A stretch of 64,000 nucleotides of DNA, from NCBI GenBank assembly GCA_965644265.1, contig CBFFRO010000022.1:248001-312000 (forward strand), given 5' to 3'. A program made the position numbers and the translations under genes. Each line of letters starts with the position of its first letter. Positions within the stretch are counted from its first letter, which is position 1. Below the pieces are notes generated by a model. The model was not told the DNA's origin, ran no database searches, and saw only the letters and a program-made list of their open reading frames with translations. Origin of the DNA: Glycera tridactyla. Its lineage: Eukaryota. Shown here in pieces: positions 23,725-37,709 of this stretch.

Positions 23725-26700
23725 GTAGGAACTCGCTTCCTCTCTTAAATCACAACCCTGAGAGCGAATGCGGATCCAGTGTTGGTGCAACACTGGTCGG
23801 GTGTGAGGACGGGTGTTGCACCAGAACTGGGTGTGCATCACATGCTCTGAAGGGCCCAACTTATCCACTGGCTTCCTCTCATCTCTCTTTCTTCCTATCT
23901 CTCTCTCTCTTCTCACCACTCATCATCTTACACTCACCTCTCACACTACTCATTCCACCTCTCTGTTTCTCTCTCTTGCTCAGTTGCCATGGTAACATGA
24001 CAACATCTGTTCATCTTCTCTACCCTTAGCCTTATATATTTTTTCAAGTCCATCATTGCATTTTGGATACATGCTCCAACTTCTATCTGGGAGCAAATTC
24101 TTTCAATCAATTTGAGAAAAGTCAATTGATCAGCATATAAGGCCGGCAAAAATATTCTCAAATCTTTCCGGAAATATATTTTTGATGATTTTATCCTATT
24201 TTGACAGAGAGTACTTCACACCGAGAGAAGTTGATCTTAATATTTATTCATTCAGAGTTCCATTTTTCTGTCTCTGATTGCAGACATGCATGCAAATTAT
24301 TATAGTTATTATCACTGTTTTATCATTGGGAAAACCGCTGTCATATATTGACAAATTCAGTAATTGCTTTCCTCGGCAAAAGGGAAGCCGGCTAGAATGT
24401 TCTGACTTGGAAAATATATCTCAAAGCACAATCTTCACAAAACAGCTGATTCAATGTAGAATTGATATGGAAAGACATCTCCAGAACTGCACAGAATGTG
24501 AGGCAGCAACTTAATGATTTCAAATTGTGATGAAATGACACCATCAATCCAATCCAGAATGGGTTGGTGAATTGAGAGTCAATTGTAGTCATTCTACAAA
24601 TAATATGTGCTCAGACAACCCAAGATATTCCAATTTTGCGAACATCGAATATCTACCAAAAGTTGGCAGTGCCTTCTTTCGTCCCAGTTGAATTCACGGG
24701 ATGGTCAGACTGTTACTGCAAGATATCTGAGCTTGAGATTGATGAGGAATAGCAGTTCGAATTCATACATGATTTTCATAATAAATCTAGGCCAAGGATT
24801 TCTGGCATTCAGCAATCAGTGCAAAGAATTACCAACAAAAAATCTGAGTAAAACGTCATGCTGAACTACTGTATTCCAGTTTTTCACTAGCTGTTAAAAG
24901 ACACCAAATCCTCTCTATTTAGACCAGCCAACTTCATGGAGGCATGTCCTTCTAGCTCCTTCTCTGACTTGCTACAAAAAACCTACCAACTTTACTCGCT
25001 TACTTACCCGCCCAGAGCCTGCTCTCTCCCTGTCTCTCTCAGTGCCTGGCTTCTCTGTATGAATGCCGCCAAATGACAGTCTTTGAACAGCCAATGAGAT
25101 GCGAGCACACTGTAGATACACTTCCTTTCATGTGCTTGACCAAACCTGCTTCAGCTTACAAAACTTTTTTCCCTCCTGCAGCTAAAGCTATTGCTGCTCT
25201 AGCCGGCTTCGCTTGGCCACATCTATTGTGCTTCAGATGACTAATTCAGTGCCTCTTTAACCCGTCGCCACATGTGTCCACATTCGTCCACGGGTTGCTT
25301 TTGCGATGTAGCCTTTTGCGTACCTTCCAATGTGGCATCGTTTTCACTTTGATCCACTTTGTTCAGTGGATGAAGGTGACGGCTCTGTTTCTGAGGTTGG
25401 TGGGCAAGAGTGGTGCCTATACACTGGCAGGTGGTGGACCAATATGGACCAATGAGGACCAAAAATATGGATGAAAATTCCCGCAAGCACGTCACTGCTG
25501 CTGAGAAATCCAATCTTCACCCTCACTAAGGTTGGGGTAGATCATTTCAGATCCATCATTGGTAGTATACATATTCTACTACTGGATTTGCCGTTTCTCA
25601 AATATTTGACATTGTGACTCAAGGCAAATACATTTAGGAAAAATGAATATCTGGAAATCATTTGTGTCTTAAACATCATATGTGATGATCCATGAATGAA
25701 CCATTGCCAATTAATTTGTTTTTTCAACTTAAAGATGGGATATTTTTTGATGAATCATTTCAGCATGCAAAGATTTTTTTCATGCATCACTGCCATTTTT
25801 GAGTTGTGAATTTCAGTAAATCTTTTCCTTTTGTTTTTTGATGAATAAAAACATTGATGGTTTTTCTACCATAGATGTGGGGAGATTCCCAAATCATATA
25901 AAAACTGTGGCATTTCTAAATTGGGATTGCTTTTTGAAGTTAACCTAGCGAGCATCTAACTTTGATGAGTGGACAAAGCAGAGGGGGGCATTGATTTTTG
26001 CTACAAAAATACAGAATGACCTACCTGATAAAAACCCTCAAACATAAGTGTGCGTGTGTGTGTGTGTGTATGCATGCGTGCATGTGTGACAAAAGATCAT
26101 GTGAATTTGTGTTGGGCATGTTTGTGAAGGACGAACTGACGGAAGGACAGATGACAGACATTGCCCCTATGCACACACATACACACACATTGGTTGTGTT
26201 CAGGTGTGATATTTCAATTGTTAATAACTGAAATGAGATCCCGGACATGTGTGAGAAAATAAGAATTCTCCGGCTCCAATCATCCAGTCCATCAGCTGCC
26301 CCCTGCTTCCACCATCACTGCTTGCGCCCTCACAGTGCAGTAGCATTTAAACTTGCTTTGCTACCCCCTGCTTCATCCCCTCATCACAATGCGCCACCTG
26401 ACCAAAACTCACTCTTCCGGCTTTGCTCGTATTCGAACTGACAACTAAAGTGCGCCAACACAAGCAGGTGACAAGAGATACAATTTTGGCCAAAAGATGA
26501 ATTGCGAGAAAAATGCCACATGTTTTGTCATATCCTGAATCTCATTCATCAAAGAGGGAAAGACTGAGGGGTGGTAAAATATTCATCACTTTGAGTTCAC
26601 TCAGAAGCATTTTTTCTCGTATTTGATTTTTTTCTGAGAGTGAAAAGATGAATGTTCTCATTTATGCTATGTTATGTTGTTTGTTATTTTTAGAACACAA

Positions 26701-26729
26701 AAAGGCATGCTTCTTAGGTTGCTGAATCT

Positions 26730-27010
26730 TATAACCGTAATGCTGGCCTCGAAGGTGTCACACTGTCAGCGCCGTCCGCCGTATGCTCTCCGTATCCGTC
26801 CGTCTTCTTCACCATCAGTCACATGCTGACCACCATCTTACTGACCCATTTGTTCAGTCTCAGAACAAACTCTTCCCATTCACTCATCGAATAAACTTTG
26901 AAATCTCCATTTCCACAGCTGAAACTTTCAGAACACATCAGGGTTTGCACAAAAATTATCAACCATTTTCAGCATCAAAAAGTTCTGAGGTCAAAGTTCT
27001 GTGGCCAGAA
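26730..27010 (+). mobile_element. Possible degenerate HINE-like repeat fragment
   Basis: cgccgtccgccgt...ccgtccgtc motif near 26770-26805 and gaggtcaaag near 26988 echo the 7298 element; no intact terminal hairpin seen. Confidence 0.3.
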
Positions 27011-30000
27011 CTTCTGTAAGATATTCATGTGCAGTGAGGTGAGCAAGTTTGATTCTCACCAATTAGTCATTCACTCATGTATTGGGAAGTGAAGCAGCCC
27101 ACAGTGCAGTCATTTGAACTGTGAACTGCTGTCATTTTGAATGAAAGCAGAAAGAAATAACATCTCAATCATCAGCTTTTTCTCCATGTGTAATTCTTGA
27201 GAGTTGTTCCAGTCTTTGCATAAAAAAATCAACTAACTGTGCCCATGTTTGCATTTTGTTTCATTTTGGTTGATTGTGGGCATGGAAAGTGATTGTTTTG
27301 CACATGTGGTGGAACTCTTCATTGCGATTCATATTTCTAGCAACTCTCATCAGCTCTCGATATGAATTGCAAATGCAAAGTCCTACCCTATCGATTACAA
27401 ACTCAAAGTAGACACACCGTCAAGGAGGTCCCTTAATAACGAGGAATTTCACATTTGAATCTGTCTCCAGCTACCCCTGTAGCTCAAGAAACAGGTTCAG
27501 CATGGAAAATTCCATCTGAGTGTTCTGCCGTTTGATCCTGGACTTGTATCCAAACTGGATATCTGATGTAATTGTTCTAGGCAGCCTGTGTATATACATA
27601 TCCATGTACTTTTCACCCTAGCATGTGTGATTTTTCTCCAGGATTGTGGATGGATGGGTAGGCGTGCGGGTGGGGGGTTTCAATATTTGCACCTGGCCGA
27701 GTGGATGATTTCAGGTGGGATACAATTGTAGTATGGCACCTGGGTCCATCGACGACGCGGACAGTTGCAAATCAGGAAAACTATCAGTTTTAGTTTTGAA
27801 AGCATCTCCTTTCATCTACCAATACTTGATGTTTTCTTTCATTTCATAGCAGTAATTTTAGAAATGGTGCAGAATGATTTGATATACTCAAAAAGTGAAT
27901 ATTTGATGAATAAAAGAGAAGAAAATATGGTATTGATTGTAAACCTTTTTGGTGGAGTAGGTCTGTTGTGATCCAGATATGCGGTTTCCTCTCTACATTT
28001 TACTAGAGTGAATTTAATCCGTTCACTATAGAAAACCCCAATTTCCATTGAATCGATGAGAGTTGAGGTTTTGTTTAGTGGACTTTCTGTGCCTACATCA
28101 ATGCTACTCTTATTTGCTAATAGCTATGCATCAATGTCAGCTATCACAGGTTGAAGTGCAGATAGTTGTTGCAAATGGCTTTGATGCAAGTTTCGATTGT
28201 GCAGCAACTGTACATTTTAGGAAATTGATCTGATGGTCAGCGAAGATGGTCATATCTGGCTTAACTAAATAATTTTGAGTTTCCCCGTCAGCTTGCAATG
28301 GGGACTCATGTGGGGCAGTATGCAACCTTTTTTCTGACTGAACATGCTGGACTTGCTTAGCTGATGTTCAATTCACTCATAGGAGATAAATCATTCTGCA
28401 CATTTCTGGATTACTGTGTCCTATACTACATAAACACACAGACACATGTACACATACACATATACAGTAAGTAAAAACACCATAACTTTTACCCATGTTC
28501 CCCCATTCCCCTGTCCCTCAATTATATCCTTCTGCCAAATATATTCACTATTTCCCTGTTGTGATGCAGAAGACATTTCACATCTCATGATGTTTCTTTG
28601 TCATAGTCCAGTTTCCCCTCCCTACAGTTTTAAGACCCCACCCTATGCTGAATTTTTTCAAGTTCCAATGGTACTCACCCTTTCCCCCTTTTGCTAAATG
28701 AGCCTTCTTCCACAGAAATTACCAGTGGCGGAAATGAGTGAAAATAATTGAAAACACCTCAAGCGGTAACATGGCATCTGTAGATGATTGGGATCTTATC
28801 TTGAGGACATTTGATCAAAACCTCACAAGTTTCCTAAAATTTGCGACTTTGCTAGAATTTTATTATCCAAATGACACCTAGGAAACAATTAAATATATAA
28901 ACAGTGCTTGACAATGGTGTTGAGTTTCTGGGTTAGCATACATTAATTCCACCACGTGATACATAAGGTTTTTCAAGGCCTCAAAATTGTTGCTCAAGTC
29001 TCTGTGATTATCCCTTTTCTTCAGGCATCCACTTCTGTGCACTGCTTCTTGGTGTATATGATCAATACCATATGTTCTACCATTGATGCAAAGTTCTCAT
29101 TATCATTCACCTGCCACCGATGTCCACTGAGCATTTCTCCCCAAGTACATAGCATCCATACTGCTGCTGTTAGGGCAGGAACTGTAGGTGCCATGTTCCA
29201 CTGATGAATGGATAAAAATTAAGATATAGCAAGTAGCAGAGAATGAAAATGGATGCTTGTAGCAGGTGGACATGGACTACCACAAGGCTCATTTCTTTCC
29301 CCAATATGCCCTTTCCCATACCATCCCACCCACCTACCTTGCTTCTTGTCATTTTAACCTCTATCCTGATGTGGATTGAACAGAATATTGCTGGCAAGAA
29401 CACACTGACTGGATGCAAACACATGATTTCAGAATGTTGGTTTCTAACTGCAGGATTTCCAAACTGTCCAGAAATCCAGCTTTTTTCAATTGACAACAAA
29501 CCATTCTGTTCCTTTGTTTCCATGATGCGAGTTCTTGCTTTCATCACACAAATTATGAACCTTTTTATAGCAGTAGTGCCCACTGATAATGATCACAATA
29601 TTCAACATTGTGTCGTTCAATCTCTCTTTTCCTTTCTTTGGTGTATGTTGAAATGGTTAATGTGGGTTTATTCAAGGTTGACTGCTTAAAATTGAGATGT
29701 TTATGACTAAATGGTGGGAAAGTAGTTCATGGGGCATTCATATGAAATGTCCACATCTTACATCCTGCAATTGGTGTAATCCAGCCTAAAATATCATATT
29801 ATCTGGTAATCTGTGAAATGGGCTCTTTTGTACACTTTTGGTACAGATATGTCTCATATATTGCAATATTTGAATGACTGATATCAAATGAGAATGGGGA
29901 ATCCGAGTAAAATTGTTGAGAAATTAGTGATTATTGTTTACCCCATGAACTACTGATGTGATAAACACAATGCATTGGCACCATGCTATGATATTGAGAT

Positions 30001-33000
30001 GTCAGCTTGTTATGTTGTATAGCAAGAATACATGACGAATGTGAAGAGCTGAAAAATAATGGCATCAAATTCAATTAGCTTCACAAAGTCAATAACGCAG
30101 TGCCCAAAAATTCAGCTCTCACAGGATACTAATGTCTTCTTGTTTTTATACCATGGCTACCACGCATTTCACAGAACAAAATGAGCTAATTTGCAGTGGT
30201 ACAATTTTCATCACTGCCTTGATCCACTACTCCACTGGCGGAATTTCAGCCTGTGAATTGATGATTTATTGATATAATTCTGACCATCACGGGTCACACC
30301 GGGTCAAGCCATGGTATGATAATACATGTTTTAACCTCTTGATAACCACAATAATCCCATTCATTAAATAAAAAGCTGTGTGTATATATGTATATGTAAC
30401 TGCTTTATCTTCTCGGGCAAACTTATCTTTTCCAAAGTATATATTTTTGGTCCACAATTCACCTTCATGTCTGTGGGGGAGGGGGTTTGGGGTGGACTCC
30501 CACATTCTATTGTCCTATGAACCTTACGCATATACTTGTGGATATCAATTTTGACTGTGCTGGTTGCATTGTGTGTGTGAGCATGCATGCGTGCATACAA
30601 ACGTGCGTGCACATGTGTGTTATGAAGAAAGAGAGCACTGAATTGCTGAAACCTTTATACATATATACATATTGGCGCCAAAATTTCAGTTCAAAATATG
30701 CTTTGATGTGTGCTTCTAGGATTTGAGATAGTGTCAATTCTTTTTGTATATGTATATATATATTTGCAATGCCATGTTTGATGCCTGGGTTTATTGTGGT
30801 CATGTATCTCTCACTTTGGAAGCATGGGTGGCTGCTGCCTGAACTCTTAGTTTGTCTACTCTCCAGCAGAGCACCGGCCCCACATCTCCTACGCTCTCTG
30901 CCTCACTCAGTGGCTATGGAAAGTGAAATTTATGCTATTCTTCAGCATCATCAGTGGTGTTGACAATCTTGTAGATTGCTCATCCATCCATATCAAAACA
31001 AATCCAGAAACAAATTGACCCATCTGTCATGCATCATTATTGAACTTACTGAGAGTTTCAAAAAAAATATTGGCAACCTCCATTTGATGAATCCCACTCA
31101 ATGGAATTCCAGCCTTACTTCGTGATATGTTGTTCCAAAAAGAGCAGAAAACAAACATGTTCAGTTGCTCCCTGCCCTGAAGTCCTCTTGCCTTAGATTA
31201 AATGTAAATTCCCGGTTTGATGATCCACAAAATCACGGGTCTGTTCCACTAATATGTTGATGCACTTACAAATGAAATAGGTGCTCAAAGTTGCTCTGGT
31301 ATTCTATGAGTACCCTTGATCAACCAAAAACACCATCAAAATTTTCAAGTGTACCTTCAATTAGTGAAATGACCCATGGCGCATGTTTCCTTTCGCTGTA
31401 TTCTGTGCTTGACTTTAGTGGAGATTTCGATAAGAGCTATTTACATTCATATTATGCCCTTCCTAGTTAGTTGTAAACATTTATACCATGGATTTGGCAG
31501 CTCTGTGGCGCCTATATTATGTGTTTCTTCAAATGATCTGTGGTATGAAAGCAAGATCATATTTTCTGTAGTGTGATGAATGCAGTGACTCCTCTACAGA
31601 TTCTGGCATGTTCATTTGCACAATTTTGCTTTCACAGAGGTATAGGTTTACTGAATGAACATTATAGTTGATGCTTCTTTTTGCCATGCCCTCTGGGAAA
31701 ACTGTGGCGATTGAAAGCACCCACTACTGGATTTGGTAGACCTCTACTCTGATCGAATGCATCGCAAAATCTTGTGGTTCTACTTTCATATACAATCAAT
31801 GTATCAACTCAATTAAGAATTATGAGGTAGAGATTTGATATCACAAGCCCTACTCATGGCTTGTACATGCATAATATGCCAAAATCTACACGGTTGAGTC
31901 TTCCCATTCTCCCACACTCAGTCTTATAGTCTTGTCCTAGCCATTTAGTTCTCCCACTTGCTGCCAAAAGGATTCCTGTTTGATAAATGCATTGGCATCA
32001 CCTACTTCACTCACTCCCCGCTTGTGGAATTTCGCCCACCCATTGCAAGATTTTCATTGATGGCTGTGGGTTGTAGAGGCGTACTAGTGAGACACACCAC
32101 TGGGTGACATCACCATCACCTTTCTAACATTCATGCATGATCCTATTACCTCAGAACTGATGATTTACAAAAGGCATTTGACAAGAGATATCATAACTGA
32201 TATTTACTCCATTTTCCAACCAAAAATGGATCATACCAATTTCAAATTTATATTTGGTAAATGTGCCTAGTTCCAACATTGCTGAACTTTTGTTCCATGG
32301 CCACTACCATAATATCCAATTGAGAGCTCAAACCTGATGAGTGAAGCTTTTACTGAACAAAATATCAGGTTTTTGCTGGTTGAGTGTAAGTGGGTGCATG
32401 CTTAAGATCTCATTGGGTCAGTGTGTTGGAGCCTGGTGAGGACACCACTCTATGTGGTTTCCTGCATGAGGTTCTATATGAAAGCTGATCATTTGGGATT
32501 TTGCTAAGCATGAACAGCTGCTACGGATTTCAATGGTGAATTGTGATCATCAGAGATGCAAAAAACTACATAATCTGAGGGGTAATTCCAAGGATTTATC
32601 GAAATTGCATCCCATCCAGGAAATCTCCTGCTTTCATAACTCTCAGTAAGAAAAGTCTTAGTTACAGTGTCATAGGTCCCCTGTGGCTTCATAAGATATC
32701 CCAAAATAATGATTGATGACGATAGTAAAAGATTTTGCATTCAGTATGATGATGGTAGTGAATTTCAGTGAATCAAGGATGATGTTTGGAAAATTGTGCT
32801 GATATTCATTGTCTTTGTCATTCATGAAAATTCTTGAAAAGTTATATTGAAAATTACTGATTTGTCAGTGAGGAAAATTGGGTCTTTACCTCCTGATTGG
32901 CCATTCTCATTGCACCCTGCCCTCCAAACTCAGTGTCTGACACTGATAGGCTCTGTATTGTTGCATGATCAACCACCCATCACTGATTGGCTCAGCATTG

Positions 33001-34742
33001 TCACATTCCCCCCACTGGTTGGTTCTGTCGAGTCATGTGACTAGAAGGCCTGCCAGATTGGCTCAGCTAGATCACATGATGATGAGACTAGTCTGTGACT
33101 GGTTGTAGTCCGTTCAGGTTCAGGTGCAGGCACCCATTCTTTAGAACATATTATGACAACATTTGCAGGTGGTTAGTGGGCACAACTGGCCGCTGGGAAA
33201 GTAAAAAGGCCCCACGTCAAGCTTTTATTTTGTGTGTAACACTGCCTTTTCTCCGACAACTTGCTGATATGATCTTCTCTTTTACCACATGCAGATGGTC
33301 ACTCAACTAAAGAGGCTACATTCTTGTGGTTCACAAACACAATACGTTGTTGGTTCTGACCTGTGACCATGGCAACATGTTCATGGATGCTGAGGATACC
33401 GATTGGTGCCAAGTAATTTGACAGGCTCCTTTCATTCCAGTGCCCAAAAAGGAAACCCCATCATCATCAGCACCCAATTTGGAAGTCTTTACTCTGTCAG
33501 TTTTTATCGCAGCCATCCCGCACTTGGCATTTCACTGCTGCTTTCTTTCAGAACAACTGGGTCTCATCTCCCTTTTCTTAAAGAAATTGAAATGTCCCAA
33601 TGCTAGAGCCAACAGCTTTGGATGGTTTGACCCTTTCTGTACCGATGAAACTAGCAGTATTCATTGTATCATAATTATAGGTATGTGGCATGTCCAGTCT
33701 GCATATCAAGGTTCTACAGTGAACTCAGATACAGATACAACTCTTAAGATGGTTGTATTATCTGTCGTGGAAGCCGAATATATCCGGCCATATTGTATCA
33801 TATGGCAATTGTAAATAGACTTCTGATGAATGCTGTTATTTATTTATTTCCATGGAAATCTTGTTTGTGTCCCAATGGGATGTCCATGATGAAAAAGTCA
33901 GTAAGCAGATATTGACATTTCCATTATACAAAGTATATATAAATCATTGCATCATATTATTTCCAAGATGTATTGGTACAGAAAGGGTTGAGGTTTTTTT
34001 TGCTAGTTCTAGCTCTATATGCATCATCCAGTTCTTCACGTCTAATCAACAGAGCATCGTCACCAGCTTGTTTTGTTTTGTAGACATCACACCATCCCCA
34101 AAACACCATTCATCCAATCTGACAATAAAACAGTACTTTCTCAAACAGAATGGCAAGCAAATTCATGAGCCACCACCACCGATGATTCTCATGTATCCGA
34201 TTATTATACACTGTCTTGAATATTGTGAGGCTTATTTTCAGTCGTGGGCTTGCCTTTCACAGAGCTCTGACCTATTTATGAAATTTTTATTGTGTTGGCG
34301 TGCGCTCTGTTTTTTGCACCAATCCGCGTGCCGCTACTATTCTGTGTTCCACATGGTCGTGGCTTTCGGTAGAGGTTGTAGCTAGGGGGTCACGGGATCA
34401 TTACGCCTATGTTGCATGAGTGTGCATACAGGGGTCGCTAGTGTATTTTATAAACACCAGATGTTGCTGCTAACCACCTGTTTAGTGTCATGTCTCATCC
34501 ACGTCTGCAACGTTTCTATAGTGCGCAATTCTTCACATCTCTGAGTTGTAATGTCTCTATTCCTCACGTGATACATATTAATACGTTTTTCAGTGGCCTC
34601 TACCTAATTTATGTTAATTAAAACCTTATAATCTATATGGAGTCACCTATGATGAAAGGCATGCACCAAGACTGAAAAAGAGCTTCCTCATTTTTTCTCT
34701 CAAACTATTGGATTGCATGATGTTAAACTGTTTTACCAACAG

Positions 34743-34859
34743 TGCTGTTTTTTTCTTATTTCCCCATGATGCCTTGCCGCTTGCTGTTGTCATGTGCTGC
34801 GAACCCTGCCATGCTGCCATTTCATTGGCCAATTGCCAACGTGCTCGCATACTAATTAG
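34743..34859 (+). promoter_or_regulatory. YGCY-rich AG-exclusion zone upstream of the NLS exon (probable MBNL autoregulatory element)
   Basis: No AG from 34743 to 34857; 11 YGCY motifs counted by eye; no polypyrimidine tract next to the 3' splice site. Confidence 0.7.
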
Positions 34860-34931
34860 CCGCAAATGGTAGAGGTCATGACGGCCGCGGGCAAGAAACG
34901 ACCTCGTGACCCTGGCGATGATTTCATTCTG
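34860..34931 (+). CDS. MBNL: 72-nt cassette exon with NLS-like motif (PQMVEVMTAAGKKRPRDPGDDFIL), equivalent to vertebrate MBNL1 exon 5; phase 0/0; absent from the ORF track
   Basis: Acceptor ctaattag| at 34859 and donor CTG|gtacta at 34932; frame-preserving and CpG-rich. KKRPR lies between the ZnF3/4 exon and the KRAA exon, as the KRPL motif does in MBNL1 exon 5. Confidence 0.8.
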
Positions 34932-37215
34932 GTACTATGACCCATCATGCTTTGCATGTAGCCAGTAGTCTGCTTAGGATGATGTTTTGCACAGTCACAT
35001 GACAAAACCATGACTACCTATCGCTTCCTTGGTAATTTGTGTAGGCACGACTCTTGGTACTGGATTTCCCCACTCCCCAAACACTACGGTTTTTTTTTAG
35101 CGCGTCCGCTACATTGAAGGAGCCTTGGACCAGTCAGTACATGCACCTTGCTGTGGGTCTTGAGGGATCATGAATAATGAAAGGGAAATAAAGAACTGCG
35201 AGCTACTAAATTGGTTCTACAATGAGAAAATATCTGTGCTTTAATTCCTACCATATGTCTACTCTTTGACTCATGCACTCTTTTATCTGTTCTTGAATAT
35301 CTTGTAACTTTGAACAGACATTCTTTTCGTAATGTCTTATCCAGATTTTGCTTTCCAAACTTCATGACAGAAGCCTATAAGCGTGGTATAGGTGTGCAGG
35401 ACCGAGTATAAAGCAGTGCATGAGTTTCTCTTTGGACATTTATGGTAGAAATAAAGTGATACCTTTCCACCTTTATGTTTTAAGAAATCAGCAATTTGAT
35501 CAAGTTTGTGATAGACTTTAGAGCAATTCAATCTCCAGATTAGTATGTAGGAGCTTTCATTCAGGAAGATCAAATCAGAAATCTTTCACAAGTCTCACTT
35601 TCTCATAGAAATAATATGACATGAGAAATCTGGGAGAAAGTTTTTTCATATGGAATGTAGTCGAAATTCACTTCACACTGTATTTCTTGTGAACATTCAT
35701 GTAATCAGGAACATCGCAATAAATGATGATATATAATGAAGTCACTATTTTAAAACAGCACAATATGGATATTTTAACTATGCATTTGTCATTCATCTCA
35801 CTTCTACATATCACTATGCTGTAGAAGTGTTGGCAATCGAGAATCAAAATTTTTTCAATCTATTGGATTTTTTCCAATATCGAGCATCTTTCCAAGATGT
35901 TGGCTCCTGTCCATAGGTTACTAGGTATTTGGACAGGTATAAATACATGTATGTGTGACACAATTTAGAAATGGCATAGATTCTTTTATAGTAAGCATGG
36001 GGACAATTGCGTTCTCGTGATGATCTATCTGAGGGTGTTGGTTGAGATCTGCTTACAGTGAGGTGCATGTATACAGTGTCCTGCGCTCATCGTTTACACT
36101 GCTTGCATGTCAGGCACACTTTGGAGATCTTGATCATTTCACCTCTTCTCCTGTGTGCGGGCTAAGAGGTTTGGGCGCACTTTAATTTGACCATTCCTGA
36201 TTCCCATATTTCCTTATATAAAATGCTATTGATAGCCCTAGATAATAATACATAGACATGCAACACAGTTTATGGTGTTGGTTTTAAACTTGCACACCTG
36301 TTAATTAAAGATAGCCTTTCATCATTCGTTCTGGACTCTCTCATTCCTCAGATGCTCTCTTTCTGTCATGAATTGTGTGTCTAAATTGTACACTTTTGGT
36401 ATTGCTTTATATTCGACTAACGTGAAGAAGAATGCTGGAAAAGCTGCCAATGTCTTTCTTTCATCAGGCCACTAACGAGCATGCTTATATCTGTTACCAT
36501 CTTATTAGGAAGCAAGTTTCGGACATATTCTGTTCATTTATTGGCTGTAGAATGTTATCTGCACTGGGACAAAAATTGGCAAATTATTGAGGAAGAGCTT
36601 CTGTGACAATCCTCAATGCAGTTACTGGAGTTGATGTTGATCCATGGTTGAGCCTCTCCTCATAGGCTTGACCATGATTCATCTGCCAATTTTAACAACT
36701 GCAGGTCATTATCTAAACACGATGGAATTCCAGGGGTGGGATCAGCTTTCCGTATGTAGCCCTCAGTTCAGAGCAAAAGTTCCAGGAGGAAAATATTACT
36801 TGCCTAGAAATTTCAGGAAGAAAAACACAAAAAAGGTCTGACACTTGTCATGTGATTCTGCAAACTGAAGTAAACAAATATATGAAATTAGTTTATTTGA
36901 TATTTAAGTTAATGTGAAGCACATGTTGTAACTGTAGTCATCACCGGCAATGAGTTAGTATATACATGCATTGAGAGATAACAACTGTCTCTGTTTATTT
37001 CTTTGCTCAATTTTTCGGTATTTGATTACCAATTATATTTAATGCCGGGTTCAGATGGAGATGTAACCTGTAAATTGTCTTGTCTCCATCTCTTGAAACT
37101 GTAAATGAGCTTCACATATCAATCACAGCTGAGCCATGTGTGCGGTGAAATCAAACAAGCAATCAGAAGACAGGGACTTGTTGTATTTTAGGTTATTGTT
37201 GGTTATTCTTATTTG

Positions 37216-37216
<1 letters not shown>

Positions 37217-37257
<41 letters not shown>
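37217..37257. repeat. (TA)n microsatellite
   Basis: Directly visible. Confidence 0.95.
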
Positions 37258-37259
<2 letters not shown>

Positions 37260-37694
37260 CTTTTTCAGTTGATATAAGATCATTTGCCAGAACTGTAACT
37301 TCTGCATATTAGGCAAGCAGTCTTGCTAGGGAAATGCTGTTTTAATTCTGCTTCCGCAAATTTTTGTTATGTATGGTTCATGGAATTGGGGGACCGTATC
37401 TAGAAGGAGGGATTGGGATAGTTATTGTTGTATACAGTTTTATTTAGTAAGTTTGTATGTAAATGGACCAATCGCAGAACTATCTAACGGAAGAAAATTC
37501 TTCAACTGTCAGGATTCAGTATTATATGAAATAATATCAACAATATTGGTAGTGATAGTGTTCATGATGATGACATCCGGGGATTCTGCAAGTATCTAGC
37601 ATTGGTGATACTGTACCTAGTTCATATCTGAGCAACACCATGAATAGCATCAATAAAAATTATATTCATGCTGATAATGATGGTATTGGTGGTG

Positions 37695-37709
37695 ATAATA
37701 ATAATAATG

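Noticed and set aside
34356-34911. Possible pairing of gggtcacg (about 34387) with exonic cgtgaccc (about 34904)
   Set aside because: Only 8 bp, expected by chance in a window this size, and I could not extend it convincingly.
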